A stretch of 64,000 nucleotides of DNA from an uncultured bacterium (GCA_937935355.1 CALGYR010000091.1:2131-66130), one strand, 5' to 3'; numbered from the stretch's first letter, positions 18,003 through 27,995 are shown. Notes: generated from the letters alone by a model not told the origin. Numbers and translations are program-made.

Positions 18003-21000
18003 ATGATCAGGATGTTTGGATGGCTGACCGGATTGGCGGTTCTTTGCGCCCTGTTCGCCGGGCAGGAGGCGAGGGCGGACTGGCAGGTGGCCTCCGGCTT
18101 CACCGACACGGAGGGCAAGTGGACCTCCAAGGAGAAGGCATCGGACGGCGACCCGGCGCTGTACGGAGTCGACCAGTCCAACCGCGCCGGGGATGGTGCG
18201 GTTCTCAGGATGACCTTCGGCGACGGCGTCTACGCCGACCAGTTCCGGTTCAACGCCGACCGTTGGACCGGGGCCGTTGACTATGTCGTCGTCAAGGTCT
18301 ACTACGGCGGCGCGAACCCGACCACGAGCGAGTTCACGTTCTACGCGCTGAAGAACGGGCAGCCGGTCGCGGAAACCGCCTCGGATGGGTATCCCAACGC
18401 GGCCTACAAGACCGTGGCCATCACGCCCGGGACCGTGACCGCGGTGGAGTTCAAGTTCCACTATACCCGCTCAGGTTACTACTTCTGGTTATACGAGTGC
18501 CAGCTCTTCAGGCAGGTCCCGCCGGTCCAGCCGCCCGCTGGGCTGACTCTTGACCCCACCTCCGTGAACAGCACCTCGGCGGTCTTCCAGGGCCAGGTAC
18601 AGTCGGATGGTGGCGGCGCCTGTAAGGCCCGGTTCGAGTACGGCCAGACTGCGGCCTACGGCAGTTTCACGCCCTGGGTGGAGAACCTGGGCACGGGCAG
18701 CAACATCACCGCCTACGTCTCCGGGCTTGAGACCGGCGAGCAGTACCACTTCCGCATCCAGGTGCAGAACTCGGCCGGCACCATCGCCGGCCAGGACAAG
18801 TTCTTCGTGGCCTGCCAGGAGGAGTCCGAGGACGGCGCCCTATGGGTGCGCCCGGCCGGCAACGCCTCCGACTACCACACCTATGACGGGGTGACCTATA
18901 GCTGGGAGACTCCGGAAGCCGCCTACGACGACTGGGACGCCAGCGCGGCGCGCTGCTACCATATGGTCCACGACGCCGAACTCTGGAGCCCCTACCTCTA
19001 CCTGCACCCCAAGCCGGGGCTCTACAACGGCCTCCGCTTCAAGGCGGCCAAGCCGGACAACTTCATAGACATGATCCAGGTCGAGATTCAGAAGAGTGAG
19101 GGGTGGGTGGAGGTCTACAAAGGTCCGTTTGCCCACAACGTCTTCGAGGTGAAGCCCTTCGACCTCTACCCGATCATGGACTGCCGCGTGCGGTTCCACA
19201 TGAGCCAGGCGGGTGTCGGCGCCTACTGGACGCTCTACGAGTTCGATTTCAGGCAGATTGGCGTCAACCTCATCTCTCCGGGAGTGCCCTATTATAAGGA
19301 GGAGAACCCCGGCGTCTTCATCGCCAAGGACGGGGCCGCCTCGCCGTTGGCCTTCCGGTTTGGTCCCGGCGTCGAGTTGCTGACCTCAGGCACGGTGACG
19401 GTGACCAAGAGCGAGAACCTCAAGCTCTTCGTCGATGAGGGTTGCACGACCGAGCTGGCCAAGCTGACCTATGACCTTGCGGTCACGGAGGACCGTGCGT
19501 CGTTTGTCGCAGCCCTGTTGAACAAGACGCTGTACGTAAAGCCGCTGGTGATTAGCGCCGCGGCCCGGGACGCATTCGTTGCATGCGAACTCAGCGAGTC
19601 GGGAAGTGCGGTGTTCGATAGGGTGAACTACACGATCATCCTGGCCGAGTTCCAGGACGTGGACTTCCAGCACACCGACATGCTCTACCCTGTCGACGTG
19701 GCGCTGATCGAGGACGCCGCCACCTATCGGTTCCTTTCCGACGTGTTCCCCGACGACCAGTATCTCGCCGAGGTGGCCGATTTCCTCGAGTACCTCATGT
19801 GGCTGAATTCGTTCTACTTCACGGTGTACGACGCCAGCCTCACGGATGCCACAGTCCCCTGTACGGTCACCGGCTTCGGGTTCGCTGGGCAGCAGACGGA
19901 CCAGGTGTCAACAACGCTCCACAAGAAAGTCGGCTATTATGAAACCAAGCCCATAGTTGCATATCGTGCGGCAGATGGGGCACCGCTTTCTGATTTTGCC
20001 AAGGACACCTACCCCGACTACATATTCATCGACCCGATTCAGCTCACAGGCACGTACGCCGAAGGTAGAAACAAGGCAGATGCCGGGACGGTCAACCTCT
20101 TTCTGGACGACCCGACGAACGGGGCGATAGACTTCACCAAGAACAAGCCGGAGAACGACGACGACCTGGACAAGTTCATGCCCGGCACGAAGGCATCCGA
20201 CAGGTCGCCGGCGATTACCGTGAACCAAGCAGGTGCCCTTGTCCCCCAGGAGCTGAAGCTGCGGATACCTTTCAAGGTCGATGCCGTGACCAATGCGGCC
20301 ATCAAGTTTGAGATGAAGGATATCAAGGACGGCGCAGGCAAAGTATTGAAGGCGGCCGTCAGCAAGCACCCCGGCTACGCGATGAACGCATCCTTCACCA
20401 ACACCGCCAACAACGAAGATGATTTCTCCTTTGCCAGCGCAAACGACCAACCCTCCGTCACGGTGGGCAAGACCGCCTGGGTCAATAGCGTCTTCGATGT
20501 CTCGCTGTTCTGCAAGGACTACGCCGCCAGTTGTGTGCTGCACATAACTGGCACCATCGCCTTTACGAAGGGCGGGAAGGCCGGGACGTTCACCATACCC
20601 GACGACAAGCCCGTCGTTTTCATCCTCCCCAGAGACAACGACTATGATGGCATTGCCGATGCGTGGGAAGAAGCCGAGGTGGGGAAGAAGACCGCCCAGG
20701 GTGTTTGGGCCGGAGGCAAGTGGGAACAACTCTATGGCAACGGCACCAAAGTCACCTATACGAACACCCAGGGCCAACAATTCACTCTGGACATTGACAA
20801 GGACAGGGATGTGCGTGGCGATGATGACGATGAGCCCGCAGACCCGGATGCCAACGACAAGGACGGCGGCACCGACTTGGGGCCGCATGGAGCATGGATG
20901 TTCACCGGTGTACCCGTGCCGTTTGACATGCAGACAGCCATGCGGGACTTCGAGAAGCACGGTTCTGGCGATTCCTACACCACCATGCAGGAATACCGGG

Positions 21001-21725
21001 GCTTCATTGGTATTGGCGCTGCAGGAGCGCATCGTAGGCTAAGTCCTTGCAGAAAAGAGGTGCTCCTCGAGGTGGACGTTATGAGCCTGCCCCAGGAATT
21101 GGCCAACAAGTTTGGCGCCACGGAGGTTGCTGCCCGCGCACGTGTCGCGAAGATTCTCGATGAAGTGGCCAAGATATATCGCGACACAGCAGGCATTGAT
21201 GTGTACTACGTCATTGATGACGTCTATAACAACAGGACTCCCCACAACCTGCTCGCCACTGAGGATGCTGCGAAGGCATGGAAGGGTGCGTGTCGTGATA
21301 GGGCGCGCCAGGGCGAAGACGACTACCGCTTATTCATCCACATGTGCTTTGTTGACGTGCTCACTTATGCAGAAACGCCCGCGGTTGTGTATGGGCAATG
21401 CAGGGAAGCTTTTGACGGCGGGTTCGTCGCTCTATCGAGGCATGACCTGCAAGGCGTCGATGCCGACCTTGTCCTGTCTCGTACTTTCGGCCACGAGCTT
21501 GGGCACGCAGGTGGCTGTACGCACTATCTTGGAACGGACGAGAAGTTTAAGAAATGGCTGATGTGTGGACAAGGACTGAGTTCTACGCGCGTCTTCTCCC
21601 AAGGCTACGATACCGATGCTCAAGGCAACGTCAAGGTGCCGCACAAGCTGTCGGAGGACTTCGATGCTGGCATACTCCGGATGGACTGGAAGAGTCATTA
21701 CGCCGTGAAGAGTGATCTTCCGTAG
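18003..21725 (+). CDS. Giant secreted protein (1240 aa): FN3-like and beta-sandwich domains, Ca-binding DxDxDG motif, C-terminal HExxH zinc-peptidase-like domain
   Basis: Signal MIRMFGWLTGLAVLCALFAGQEARA; FN3-like VSGLETGEQYHFRIQVQN; DNDYDGIADAWEE; QEYRGF; HELGH at 21492-21506. Confidence 0.88.
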   Translation: MIRMFGWLTGLAVLCALFAGQEARADWQVASGFTDTEGKWTSKEKASDGDPALYGVDQSNRAGDGAVLRMTFGDGVYADQFRFNADRWTGAVDYVVVKVYYGGANPTTSEFTFYALKNGQPVAETASDGYPNAAYKTVAITPGTVTAVEFKFHYTRSGYYFWLYECQLFRQVPPVQPPAGLTLDPTSVNSTSAVFQGQVQSDGGGACKARFEYGQTAAYGSFTPWVENLGTGSNITAYVSGLETGEQYHFRIQVQNSAGTIAGQDKFFVACQEESEDGALWVRPAGNASDYHTYDGVTYSWETPEAAYDDWDASAARCYHMVHDAELWSPYLYLHPKPGLYNGLRFKAAKPDNFIDMIQVEIQKSEGWVEVYKGPFAHNVFEVKPFDLYPIMDCRVRFHMSQAGVGAYWTLYEFDFRQIGVNLISPGVPYYKEENPGVFIAKDGAASPLAFRFGPGVELLTSGTVTVTKSENLKLFVDEGCTTELAKLTYDLAVTEDRASFVAALLNKTLYVKPLVISAAARDAFVACELSESGSAVFDRVNYTIILAEFQDVDFQHTDMLYPVDVALIEDAATYRFLSDVFPDDQYLAEVADFLEYLMWLNSFYFTVYDASLTDATVPCTVTGFGFAGQQTDQVSTTLHKKVGYYETKPIVAYRAADGAPLSDFAKDTYPDYIFIDPIQLTGTYAEGRNKADAGTVNLFLDDPTNGAIDFTKNKPENDDDLDKFMPGTKASDRSPAITVNQAGALVPQELKLRIPFKVDAVTNAAIKFEMKDIKDGAGKVLKAAVSKHPGYAMNASFTNTANNEDDFSFASANDQPSVTVGKTAWVNSVFDVSLFCKDYAASCVLHITGTIAFTKGGKAGTFTIPDDKPVVFILPRDNDYDGIADAWEEAEVGKKTAQGVWAGGKWEQLYGNGTKVTYTNTQGQQFTLDIDKDRDVRGDDDDEPADPDANDKDGGTDLGPHGAWMFTGVPVPFDMQTAMRDFEKHGSGDSYTTMQEYRGFIGIGAAGAHRRLSPCRKEVLLEVDVMSLPQELANKFGATEVAARARVAKILDEVAKIYRDTAGIDVYYVIDDVYNNRTPHNLLATEDAAKAWKGACRDRARQGEDDYRLFIHMCFVDVLTYAETPAVVYGQCREAFDGGFVALSRHDLQGVDADLVLSRTFGHELGHAGGCTHYLGTDEKFKKWLMCGQGLSSTRVFSQGYDTDAQGNVKVPHKLSEDFDAGILRMDWKSHYAVKSDLP

Positions 21726-21756
21726 TTGCGTTGGTTGCGATGAAAGGCGGTGGACC

Positions 21757-22731
21757 GTGAGATCATCAGGGTTGATACGATTGATCATGACGACACTGGT
21801 CGTATGCTTCCTGTGCTTGAATGCCTTCCTTGCCACGCCGGTAATGGCTGGCGAACCATCCACCGATCCGGCGACAAAACCGTCTCCTTCGGATGCTGAC
21901 GCATGGGTCTTACACAAGCTGGGGAAAGACGGGGATTCGCGCGGACTGGAGTTGACACTTTCTCTGGAGCAGAACGAATACGTGCCTGGAGAGCGAATCA
22001 ACTACAAGGTTGCGTTCAAGAACGTGGGAGACAAGGCAATCCTGCTGGATAGTCCGAGCTACAAGGACCAAGTCGGGCATTTGATGCTGTTCTTGTGGAA
22101 TGGCAAGCAGTGGTGTTCGAGAAATCCAGGTGCTCATGTTCCTGACCAGCGCGAAGAAACGTCACTTGCTCCTGGTAAGAGCATAGTCATCGAGGGAACA
22201 ATCCAGAGTGACGTTGAATTTGTCGGCTACGAGTGCGCCGACATCAACAACATGAAACTGCCTGCCATTAGTTGCGAACTGGTAGTCCGTTATAAGGACC
22301 AGTTCTCTCCGGAGAAGGAGGTGGCCAAGTCAAACAAGGCAACCTTTTCCGTCAAGCCCCGAGACATGGAAGAGGTCCGGGCAGCATACTATGTGAGGCA
22401 ATCGGCAGGCCCGGATGGCACCGGAGATGTACACGTTCGACGACATTATCGTTTGTTTGCCGCCGACAAGACCAACGATCTGTTCTTTGTGGCCAGTGGC
22501 TTTGGGACCAAGAGGCTGGGAACCACTGTGGACAGATCCCGAATCTGCATGCTGATTGGTGCCAACGAAGATGTGCACATACTCTTCATGGTGGGTGAGA
22601 AGGAATACGTGCATGCAATCTTCGGGAAGGGACTCCTCAATGACTTCAGGTCGGAACGTGTTGCGGCTGGTTTGGCCAAGTTGGTGGAATCCGTGAAGGG
22701 GGAGATTGCGGTGGCGGTTCAAGACGGCTGA
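21757..22731 (+). CDS. Exported Ig-like partner protein
   Basis: GTG after AAAGGCGG; signal MRSSGLIRLIMTTLVVCFLCLNAFLATPVMA; YVPGERINYKVAFKNVG motif homologous to 1060-2862. Confidence 0.8.
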   Translation: MRSSGLIRLIMTTLVVCFLCLNAFLATPVMAGEPSTDPATKPSPSDADAWVLHKLGKDGDSRGLELTLSLEQNEYVPGERINYKVAFKNVGDKAILLDSPSYKDQVGHLMLFLWNGKQWCSRNPGAHVPDQREETSLAPGKSIVIEGTIQSDVEFVGYECADINNMKLPAISCELVVRYKDQFSPEKEVAKSNKATFSVKPRDMEEVRAAYYVRQSAGPDGTGDVHVRRHYRLFAADKTNDLFFVASGFGTKRLGTTVDRSRICMLIGANEDVHILFMVGEKEYVHAIFGKGLLNDFRSERVAAGLAKLVESVKGEIAVAVQDG

Positions 22732-22867
22732 GCCGAAGGGCTTGCGCCACTACTGTAAGATTTCATCTCCGGTTTAGCCCCAGTACTCACACTCAGTTTC
22801 GTAGATCCCCACGGCGAGCCGCCGCCCGGTAAAATCCATTGAACTCGGCTCGCCCCGACCATCATGA

Positions 22868-22910
22868 AAGAAAGGCCGTTCGACCAGAAAGTCGAACGGC
22901 TTCTCTCTTT
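22868..22910. terminator. Bidirectional intrinsic terminator at the end of the tail operon
   Basis: GCCGTTCGAC-CAGAAA-GTCGAACGGC (22875-22900), flanked by an A-rich left side and a T-rich right side. Confidence 0.8.
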
Positions 22911-22981
22911 GTGGGGGTGGCGAGGTTACGTCGCTCACGAGGCGGTTCGAACGTAACTGGAAGCCCGAGAAGCGGTGATGG

Positions 22982-24370
22982 CTATGCTATGCCCCGGCCC
23001 CGGCAAGCATGCTGATTCGCCGGGCTCTCCGGCGCGACAGCATCCCACGGCAGTTCGATCTCCGCGACCGAGCCGATCTCGCCGTCAGTGAACGCCGCCA
23101 CTGCGACGTACTCCGGCGCGCTCTGGGCCCGGATGGTCTGGTACTCGCCCTGCCCCGCGGCGTAGGCCACGGTCTGGTCGGGCGGGCCGGAGGTGTCGAC
23201 CGGCGAAGTCGGCCCGAACCACAGGCCGAACTGGAACGCCCCCGGCTCATACTCGGCGACCACGTTCCACTTGATGACGCTCTGGAAGGAGACGATCTCC
23301 CGGCGCAGGTTCTGGATGGCAGGCAGTCCCTGGAGCGGCTCCCCGCCGCCGCCAATCTCGCCGGCGATAAGCGTGAGCACACTCCGGCCCCGGCACTCCT
23401 CCCAGTACCACTCGGCCGGCCGGACATCGATCTCCCACACACCGTCGGCCAGGGGCACGTCGGCGAGCCGCTTCGGCTCCGCGTCGGCCGGGATGAAGCC
23501 GAGCCGGACGACCTCGCCAGTGTCCGCGTTCCTGGCGTAGAGCGCCCAGCCCGGGGGCACATGGGCGTTGTTGCACGCCGGGACGATGCCTTCAACCCGG
23601 CCGAGCGCGCCGAACCTGGCCTGCACGAGGGCGTCCGTCAGTTGCCGCGCGTGGAAGCGCCCGGGCAGGACGAGCCCCTGGCCGGACCGCGCCGAGAAAC
23701 GCGCCCCGTGGCGCCCCTCGCGCGCCTGGCGGGCGCTATACCGGCCAGTCGAGACCACCACGGTCGCGACCTTGACGGCCTCGAACCGGCTGGCGCGGGC
23801 GTGTTCCCTGGCCTGGCGGGCCGAGACTCGGGCCGCGTTGCCGGTCTGCGCCGGGGCGTAGACGGAGAACCTGTCTCCGAAGCCCGCGGCGTTCTTCTCC
23901 CGGATGGCCTCGAAGCGGGCGGCCACGGCGGCATCGAGCGCGATCCTCGCGCCGAAACGCGCCGTCGAGCCGGCGAACACCCTGAAGGACTGCGGGGCCG
24001 GGACGGATTCCAGGATGTAGGAGCCATAGGAGCCAGAATAGAGGTAGATCACGATGTAGTACCAGCCCTCCTTGGTGGGCGTATAGGTGATCTTGGCCAT
24101 GCCGCCGCCGTCGTCGCCGGAGTTGTTGTCGTAGAGGAGATAGCTGCCGCTGGAGTCGTAGAGATAGATGTACGGATCGAACGCGGTCGGCAGCCGCGTC
24201 TGGAAGACGTAGGTCTTACCGGCCAGGAGGTAGAGCGCCCAATAGTCCTGGTAGTTGCCCCCGCCGCCGTAGGCCGTGAGCTTCCCGAACACCCGCGTCC
24301 CGCCCGGGTACTGGGTATGGTCCCAGCTGAAGGCGTTCTGGATGGAGGAGCCGTTCTCCAATCCCGGCAT
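22982..24370 (-). CDS. Tail fibre/tip-like protein: N-terminal PPC-like domain, 14-aa repeat shaft, C-terminal FN3-like domains
   Basis: ATG 24370 just after the stop of the upstream gene; DYWALYLLAGKTYVF...DPYIYLYDSSG...DNNSG (PPC); repeated xRFxA. Confidence 0.75.
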   Translation of the reverse strand: MPGLENGSSIQNAFSWDHTQYPGGTRVFGKLTAYGGGGNYQDYWALYLLAGKTYVFQTRLPTAFDPYIYLYDSSGSYLLYDNNSGDDGGGMAKITYTPTKEGWYYIVIYLYSGSYGSYILESVPAPQSFRVFAGSTARFGARIALDAAVAARFEAIREKNAAGFGDRFSVYAPAQTGNAARVSARQAREHARASRFEAVKVATVVVSTGRYSARQAREGRHGARFSARSGQGLVLPGRFHARQLTDALVQARFGALGRVEGIVPACNNAHVPPGWALYARNADTGEVVRLGFIPADAEPKRLADVPLADGVWEIDVRPAEWYWEECRGRSVLTLIAGEIGGGGEPLQGLPAIQNLRREIVSFQSVIKWNVVAEYEPGAFQFGLWFGPTSPVDTSGPPDQTVAYAAGQGEYQTIRAQSAPEYVAVAAFTDGEIGSVAEIELPWDAVAPESPANQHACRGRGIA

Positions 24371-24372
24371 GC

Positions 24373-25890
24373 TCAGCTCCAGGAGTACCTGGTGTCGGCG
24401 ACGATCCCGGCGCGGCCCTGATGCCCGTCCATGATCCACTCGCGCCGCCAGACGCCCTGGAGCTTGCCCGGGGCGAGGTTGCCGAGGTCGAGCGCGGTTG
24501 TCTTGTCCCAGGCGGCGCGGAAGGCGACGTTGGCCGGCTGGACGGTCTCCGCGGCCGGGTTCTCGTACTGGTTGGCGGCGGGCTTGTTCATGCCCAGGTC
24601 CACATCGGGCAGGGGCTCGATGGCGTTCCCCGCCGCCCAGGCGACCGCCGCGTAGCCCCGCAGGCCCAGCGCAGACGCCCCGGCTGCCCGGGCCATGTTG
24701 ACGCTGGAGACCCGGAGGTACTCGGCGTTCTGGAATGCCCCGACCACCTTGCGGAGGAGCAGCGTCCCAGCCGCGTCCCCTCCGGCCCAGGAGCCGCTCG
24801 CCAGCACGACCTGGTCCACCACCGCGGTCGCGCCGGAGGTCGCCCCGACGAGCACGTCGCCCTGCTTGATCTCGCTGGTGCCGGTGCCAAAGGCCAGGGT
24901 CGCCCAGTCCACGCCCAGGCAGTAGAGCGTGTTCCCGGAGCGGTAGTTGACGTAGCGGCAGTCGCCGACGCCGGCGTTGACCGTCTTGTTCCTGATCCAG
25001 AAGCCCTTGGTGGGCCAGTCCGCGGCGGCAGCCACGTCGAAGGAGCCGGCCCCGGTGCCCAGGCTCCCCGTGGAGATGGTCGTCGCCGCCCCGGAGGGCT
25101 TCCCCGCATAGACGGTGAGGTCCACCATCGAGTCGACCGCGTCGGCGTTCCGGACGCACTCCAGACGGTAACGGGTCTTCCCGCCCACGTCGTTCTTGGT
25201 CTCGTAACCTTCGTAGTCCGGCGTCAGCGTCCGCTCCGGGTAGGCCAGCGTCCAGGTATCGGCCTTGTCCGAGGTCGGCAGGCTCGCCGCATTCACATCC
25301 ACCTGGATGAAGGCCTGGCCGTCGGCGGCGAAGACGATGCCGTCAGTGACGCTGGCCGAGACGTCCAGCCCCACGCCCAGCGCCTGCGTGCCCATCTTGA
25401 TCCGGAGGATCTGCAGGCTCCGGGTGTACTGGACGGTGAGCGTGCCCTCGCCTAGGAGCGCCGAGGCCTTCTTGATGGTGAGGCCGGTGATGTTGACGCC
25501 GGAGACGGTCTTCAGCTCCGGCAGCACCCCGCCCATCAGCATCCCGAAGGTCTCGTGCGAGCTGCGCCAGTTGCCGCCCAGGACCAGCCGGAAGGTGTCG
25601 CCGGCCGCCGGCACCGCCGGCAATTCCCGCGAGAGCGTGAGCTTGTCGGTCGCCGCATCGAAGCTCTTCACGTGGAAGAACTGCCCCTGCAAGGCCACGG
25701 TCGGCGTGTTCCCCAGGAACCACCCGACCGCCCCGGCCCAGTAGCCGTCGGCCTGGGTGAGCGCAGCGTCCACGATGGCATTTAGTGCGCCCCCCGCGTC
25801 GGCCGTGTAGGTCGGCAGAGCGTCGCCATCGGCGGCCAGGTTCTTCGAGGGGAAGTGAACGCGAAGCTTGTCGGCAGTCGGGGTAGCCAT
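24373..25890 (-). CDS. Virion tail/tip structural protein
   Basis: GGAGGTG before ATG; beta-rich; located in the tail operon. Confidence 0.72.
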   Translation of the reverse strand: MATPTADKLRVHFPSKNLAADGDALPTYTADAGGALNAIVDAALTQADGYWAGAVGWFLGNTPTVALQGQFFHVKSFDAATDKLTLSRELPAVPAAGDTFRLVLGGNWRSSHETFGMLMGGVLPELKTVSGVNITGLTIKKASALLGEGTLTVQYTRSLQILRIKMGTQALGVGLDVSASVTDGIVFAADGQAFIQVDVNAASLPTSDKADTWTLAYPERTLTPDYEGYETKNDVGGKTRYRLECVRNADAVDSMVDLTVYAGKPSGAATTISTGSLGTGAGSFDVAAAADWPTKGFWIRNKTVNAGVGDCRYVNYRSGNTLYCLGVDWATLAFGTGTSEIKQGDVLVGATSGATAVVDQVVLASGSWAGGDAAGTLLLRKVVGAFQNAEYLRVSSVNMARAAGASALGLRGYAAVAWAAGNAIEPLPDVDLGMNKPAANQYENPAAETVQPANVAFRAAWDKTTALDLGNLAPGKLQGVWRREWIMDGHQGRAGIVADTRYSWS

Positions 25891-25892
25891 GA

Positions 25893-26471
25893 TCACACCT
25901 CCAATGCGAACGTGTAGGTTCCCGGCGTAGCGCCGTCGGCCACCGACAGGTGCGCCGGGACGCCGGGCAGATCGGTCACGAAGTAGACCCAGGCCTGGCG
26001 AGCGGACTCGTTGCCGTACTCGTCCACGGCCTCTACGCGGAAGAAGTGCCAGACGCCGCCCTTGCCGTCGAGCTCCATCGGGCAGGCGATCTCGCAGCGC
26101 TCCAGGCCCTGCAGCGCCGGCCGGTCGTAGACGATCTCCTCGGCCGTTTCGCCGAATCGGCGGTGATAGATGCGGTAGCGCGCCGCGTCCGGCACGGCGT
26201 TCCAGGCCAGGTTCGGCCGGGTGTTGGGCGCGACGTGGATCGGCTCCGGCCGGACCGAGTCGTCGGGGAAATCGTGGACCTCGACGGCGGCCATGCTGCC
26301 TGCGGCCAGCGGCACCTTGACCATCCGCTCGGCCGCGCCCGGGCAGAAGGGCCCCAGGACGTGCGCGCCGTCGATGAAGACCCAGGAGACCGACTCGGCC
26401 GACGGCGCGGTCCAGGAGAGATCGCAGCTGCGGTCGTCGCGCGGGGTGATCCGGAAGCTTGCGTTCAGCAT
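25893..26471 (-). CDS. Tail-associated protein with FN3-like domains
   Basis: LAWNAVPDAARYRIY...FRVEAVDEYGNES. Confidence 0.7.
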   Translation of the reverse strand: MLNASFRITPRDDRSCDLSWTAPSAESVSWVFIDGAHVLGPFCPGAAERMVKVPLAAGSMAAVEVHDFPDDSVRPEPIHVAPNTRPNLAWNAVPDAARYRIYHRRFGETAEEIVYDRPALQGLERCEIACPMELDGKGGVWHFFRVEAVDEYGNESARQAWVYFVTDLPGVPAHLSVADGATPGTYTFALEV

Positions 26472-26475
26472 GGCC

Positions 26476-26958
26476 TCAGACCTTCTGCCACTGGACGTAC
26501 CACATAGCGTCCGTGCAGTTGTAGGAGCCGTAGGGGCAGATGATGGGGCCGAACATGCGGTCCTCGCGATAGGGGCAGAAGCCGATGTAGTACTCGCCGA
26601 TGGTCTGATACCAGATCTCGAGGCCCTGCTCGTGGTCGTTCTCGTCGATCCACCGCCACTCGCCGATCATTCCGTTGCCCGGACCGCTGCAGACCTTGGT
26701 GATGAAGGGGTAGTACTGGTCCTCGTCCTTCTTCTTGGTCTTCAAGGCCACGACCACGCCGTCGGCCGCCAGGCCCCCGAAGCCCACGTCGTCCTGCTTC
26801 GTCATGGAGACCGCTTTCAGCCCCACCGGCACGGCGTCGGCGCCCAGGAGCGGCACGACCAGGTCCTCGGCCTTCTCCGGCCGGACCATCCGGTAGGCGG
26901 CCACTTGGCCGTCGGCGCCCATCACGGGCATGAGCAGGTTGCCGGCCTTGATGCTCAT
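26476..26958 (-). CDS. Tail-region hypothetical protein (160 aa)
   Basis: ATG overlaps the TGA of the upstream gene; MSIKAGNLLMPV...; the track ORF 26476-28260 is an off-frame extension. Confidence 0.65.
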   Translation of the reverse strand: MSIKAGNLLMPVMGADGQVAAYRMVRPEKAEDLVVPLLGADAVPVGLKAVSMTKQDDVGFGGLAADGVVVALKTKKKDEDQYYPFITKVCSGPGNGMIGEWRWIDENDHEQGLEIWYQTIGEYYIGFCPYREDRMFGPIICPYGSYNCTDAMWYVQWQKV

Positions 26959-27992
26959 GGCCCTTCCTCGTCGTCGGTGCCCGGGATGACCGCCAGGCTG
27001 AACTGGTCGCCCTGGCCGGCCCCGCCGCTCGTCGCCGCCTGGACCTCCACCTGGCCGCCGGAGGCGTCGTAGACGGCCTTCAAGACCGGCACCAGGCCGT
27101 TGAAGAAGACGTAGGCGAACTGGCCGGCCGGCGAGCCCTGCACCGCCAGGACCATGAAGCCGAACTTGGTCTTCCCGAGCGACCAGGAGCCGGAGACGGC
27201 ACCCACCATGTCGCCGGCCGCGAGCTCGTAGCCCTCGGCCAGGAAGCGCATCAGCGGCGCGAATCGCATCCGGCGGGACTTGCCGGGCGCCAGCGGCGGC
27301 CCAAGGAGCGGGATCACGTTCATCTGGCTGTCCCGGCTCGGCTTCGAGACCGTGAAGACGAACGGCGCCTCCGGATCGGCCCCGGTCAGGGCCATCGCGC
27401 CGCCCTCGGGGATGGTCTCTCCGGAGCCGTTCGTCACCTTGAGCCGGAAGCCGTCGTCCACCGGGAAATGGACCACGCCCCACTTGAGGCCGGTGCCCGG
27501 CTCCTTCCAGAGGATGCGCGCCGAGCCGGTCTGCGCCGTCTTGAGGCTCCCGGTGTCTCCGACCTCGAAGCCGGCGTACCCGTCGGCCTCGTCCTCGACG
27601 TAGAGATGCACGGGCGTCACTCCGAAGATCATCCCCCGGCCGAGGCCGTCCTTCCGCAGCGGCTCCTGGAGGACCGCGTACTTCATCTCGTGGTCGCCGT
27701 CTTCGGGAGAGTGCCCGTCCAGCGCGACCTTGCTCTGGAACTCGAGCTCGTTGTCCTGCGGCGAGATGATCGGGGCGCCCAGGGCCAGGACGGCGAACCG
27801 GTCCTGGTCGGCGCCCGAAAGGTTCCGCACCGGGACGATCCCGCTCTTGGCCTCCCGGCCGCCGAACTCGGCGCTCTGGCCCAGCGCCCGGCCGCGGTAG
27901 TCGTTGGCCGCGTCCACGAAGGCGTTGTAGGCCGCCGCGGGTATCCGCAGGCTCTCGCCTTTGACCGCCTTCTTGAGGACGTCCCCGGCCAC
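26955..27992 (-). CDS. Tail tip/baseplate-associated protein
   Basis: GTG start; MAGDVLKKAVKGESLRIPAAAYNAFVDAA; follows the hub-like gene. Confidence 0.72.
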   Translation of the reverse strand: MAGDVLKKAVKGESLRIPAAAYNAFVDAANDYRGRALGQSAEFGGREAKSGIVPVRNLSGADQDRFAVLALGAPIISPQDNELEFQSKVALDGHSPEDGDHEMKYAVLQEPLRKDGLGRGMIFGVTPVHLYVEDEADGYAGFEVGDTGSLKTAQTGSARILWKEPGTGLKWGVVHFPVDDGFRLKVTNGSGETIPEGGAMALTGADPEAPFVFTVSKPSRDSQMNVIPLLGPPLAPGKSRRMRFAPLMRFLAEGYELAAGDMVGAVSGSWSLGKTKFGFMVLAVQGSPAGQFAYVFFNGLVPVLKAVYDASGGQVEVQAATSGGAGQGDQFSLAVIPGTDDEEGP

Positions 27993-27995
27993 GGG

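Noticed and set aside
22820-22845. Third full copy of the 44-bp promoter motif
   Set aside because: Only a short partial match in the opposite orientation; could be chance.
24371-25159. N-terminal extension of track ORF 22982-25159 (and similarly 26959-28260, 39537-39785, 8746-8880, 17217-17639)
   Set aside because: Overlaps neighbouring genes or intergenic DNA; better starts with RBS or stop-start overlaps lie downstream.
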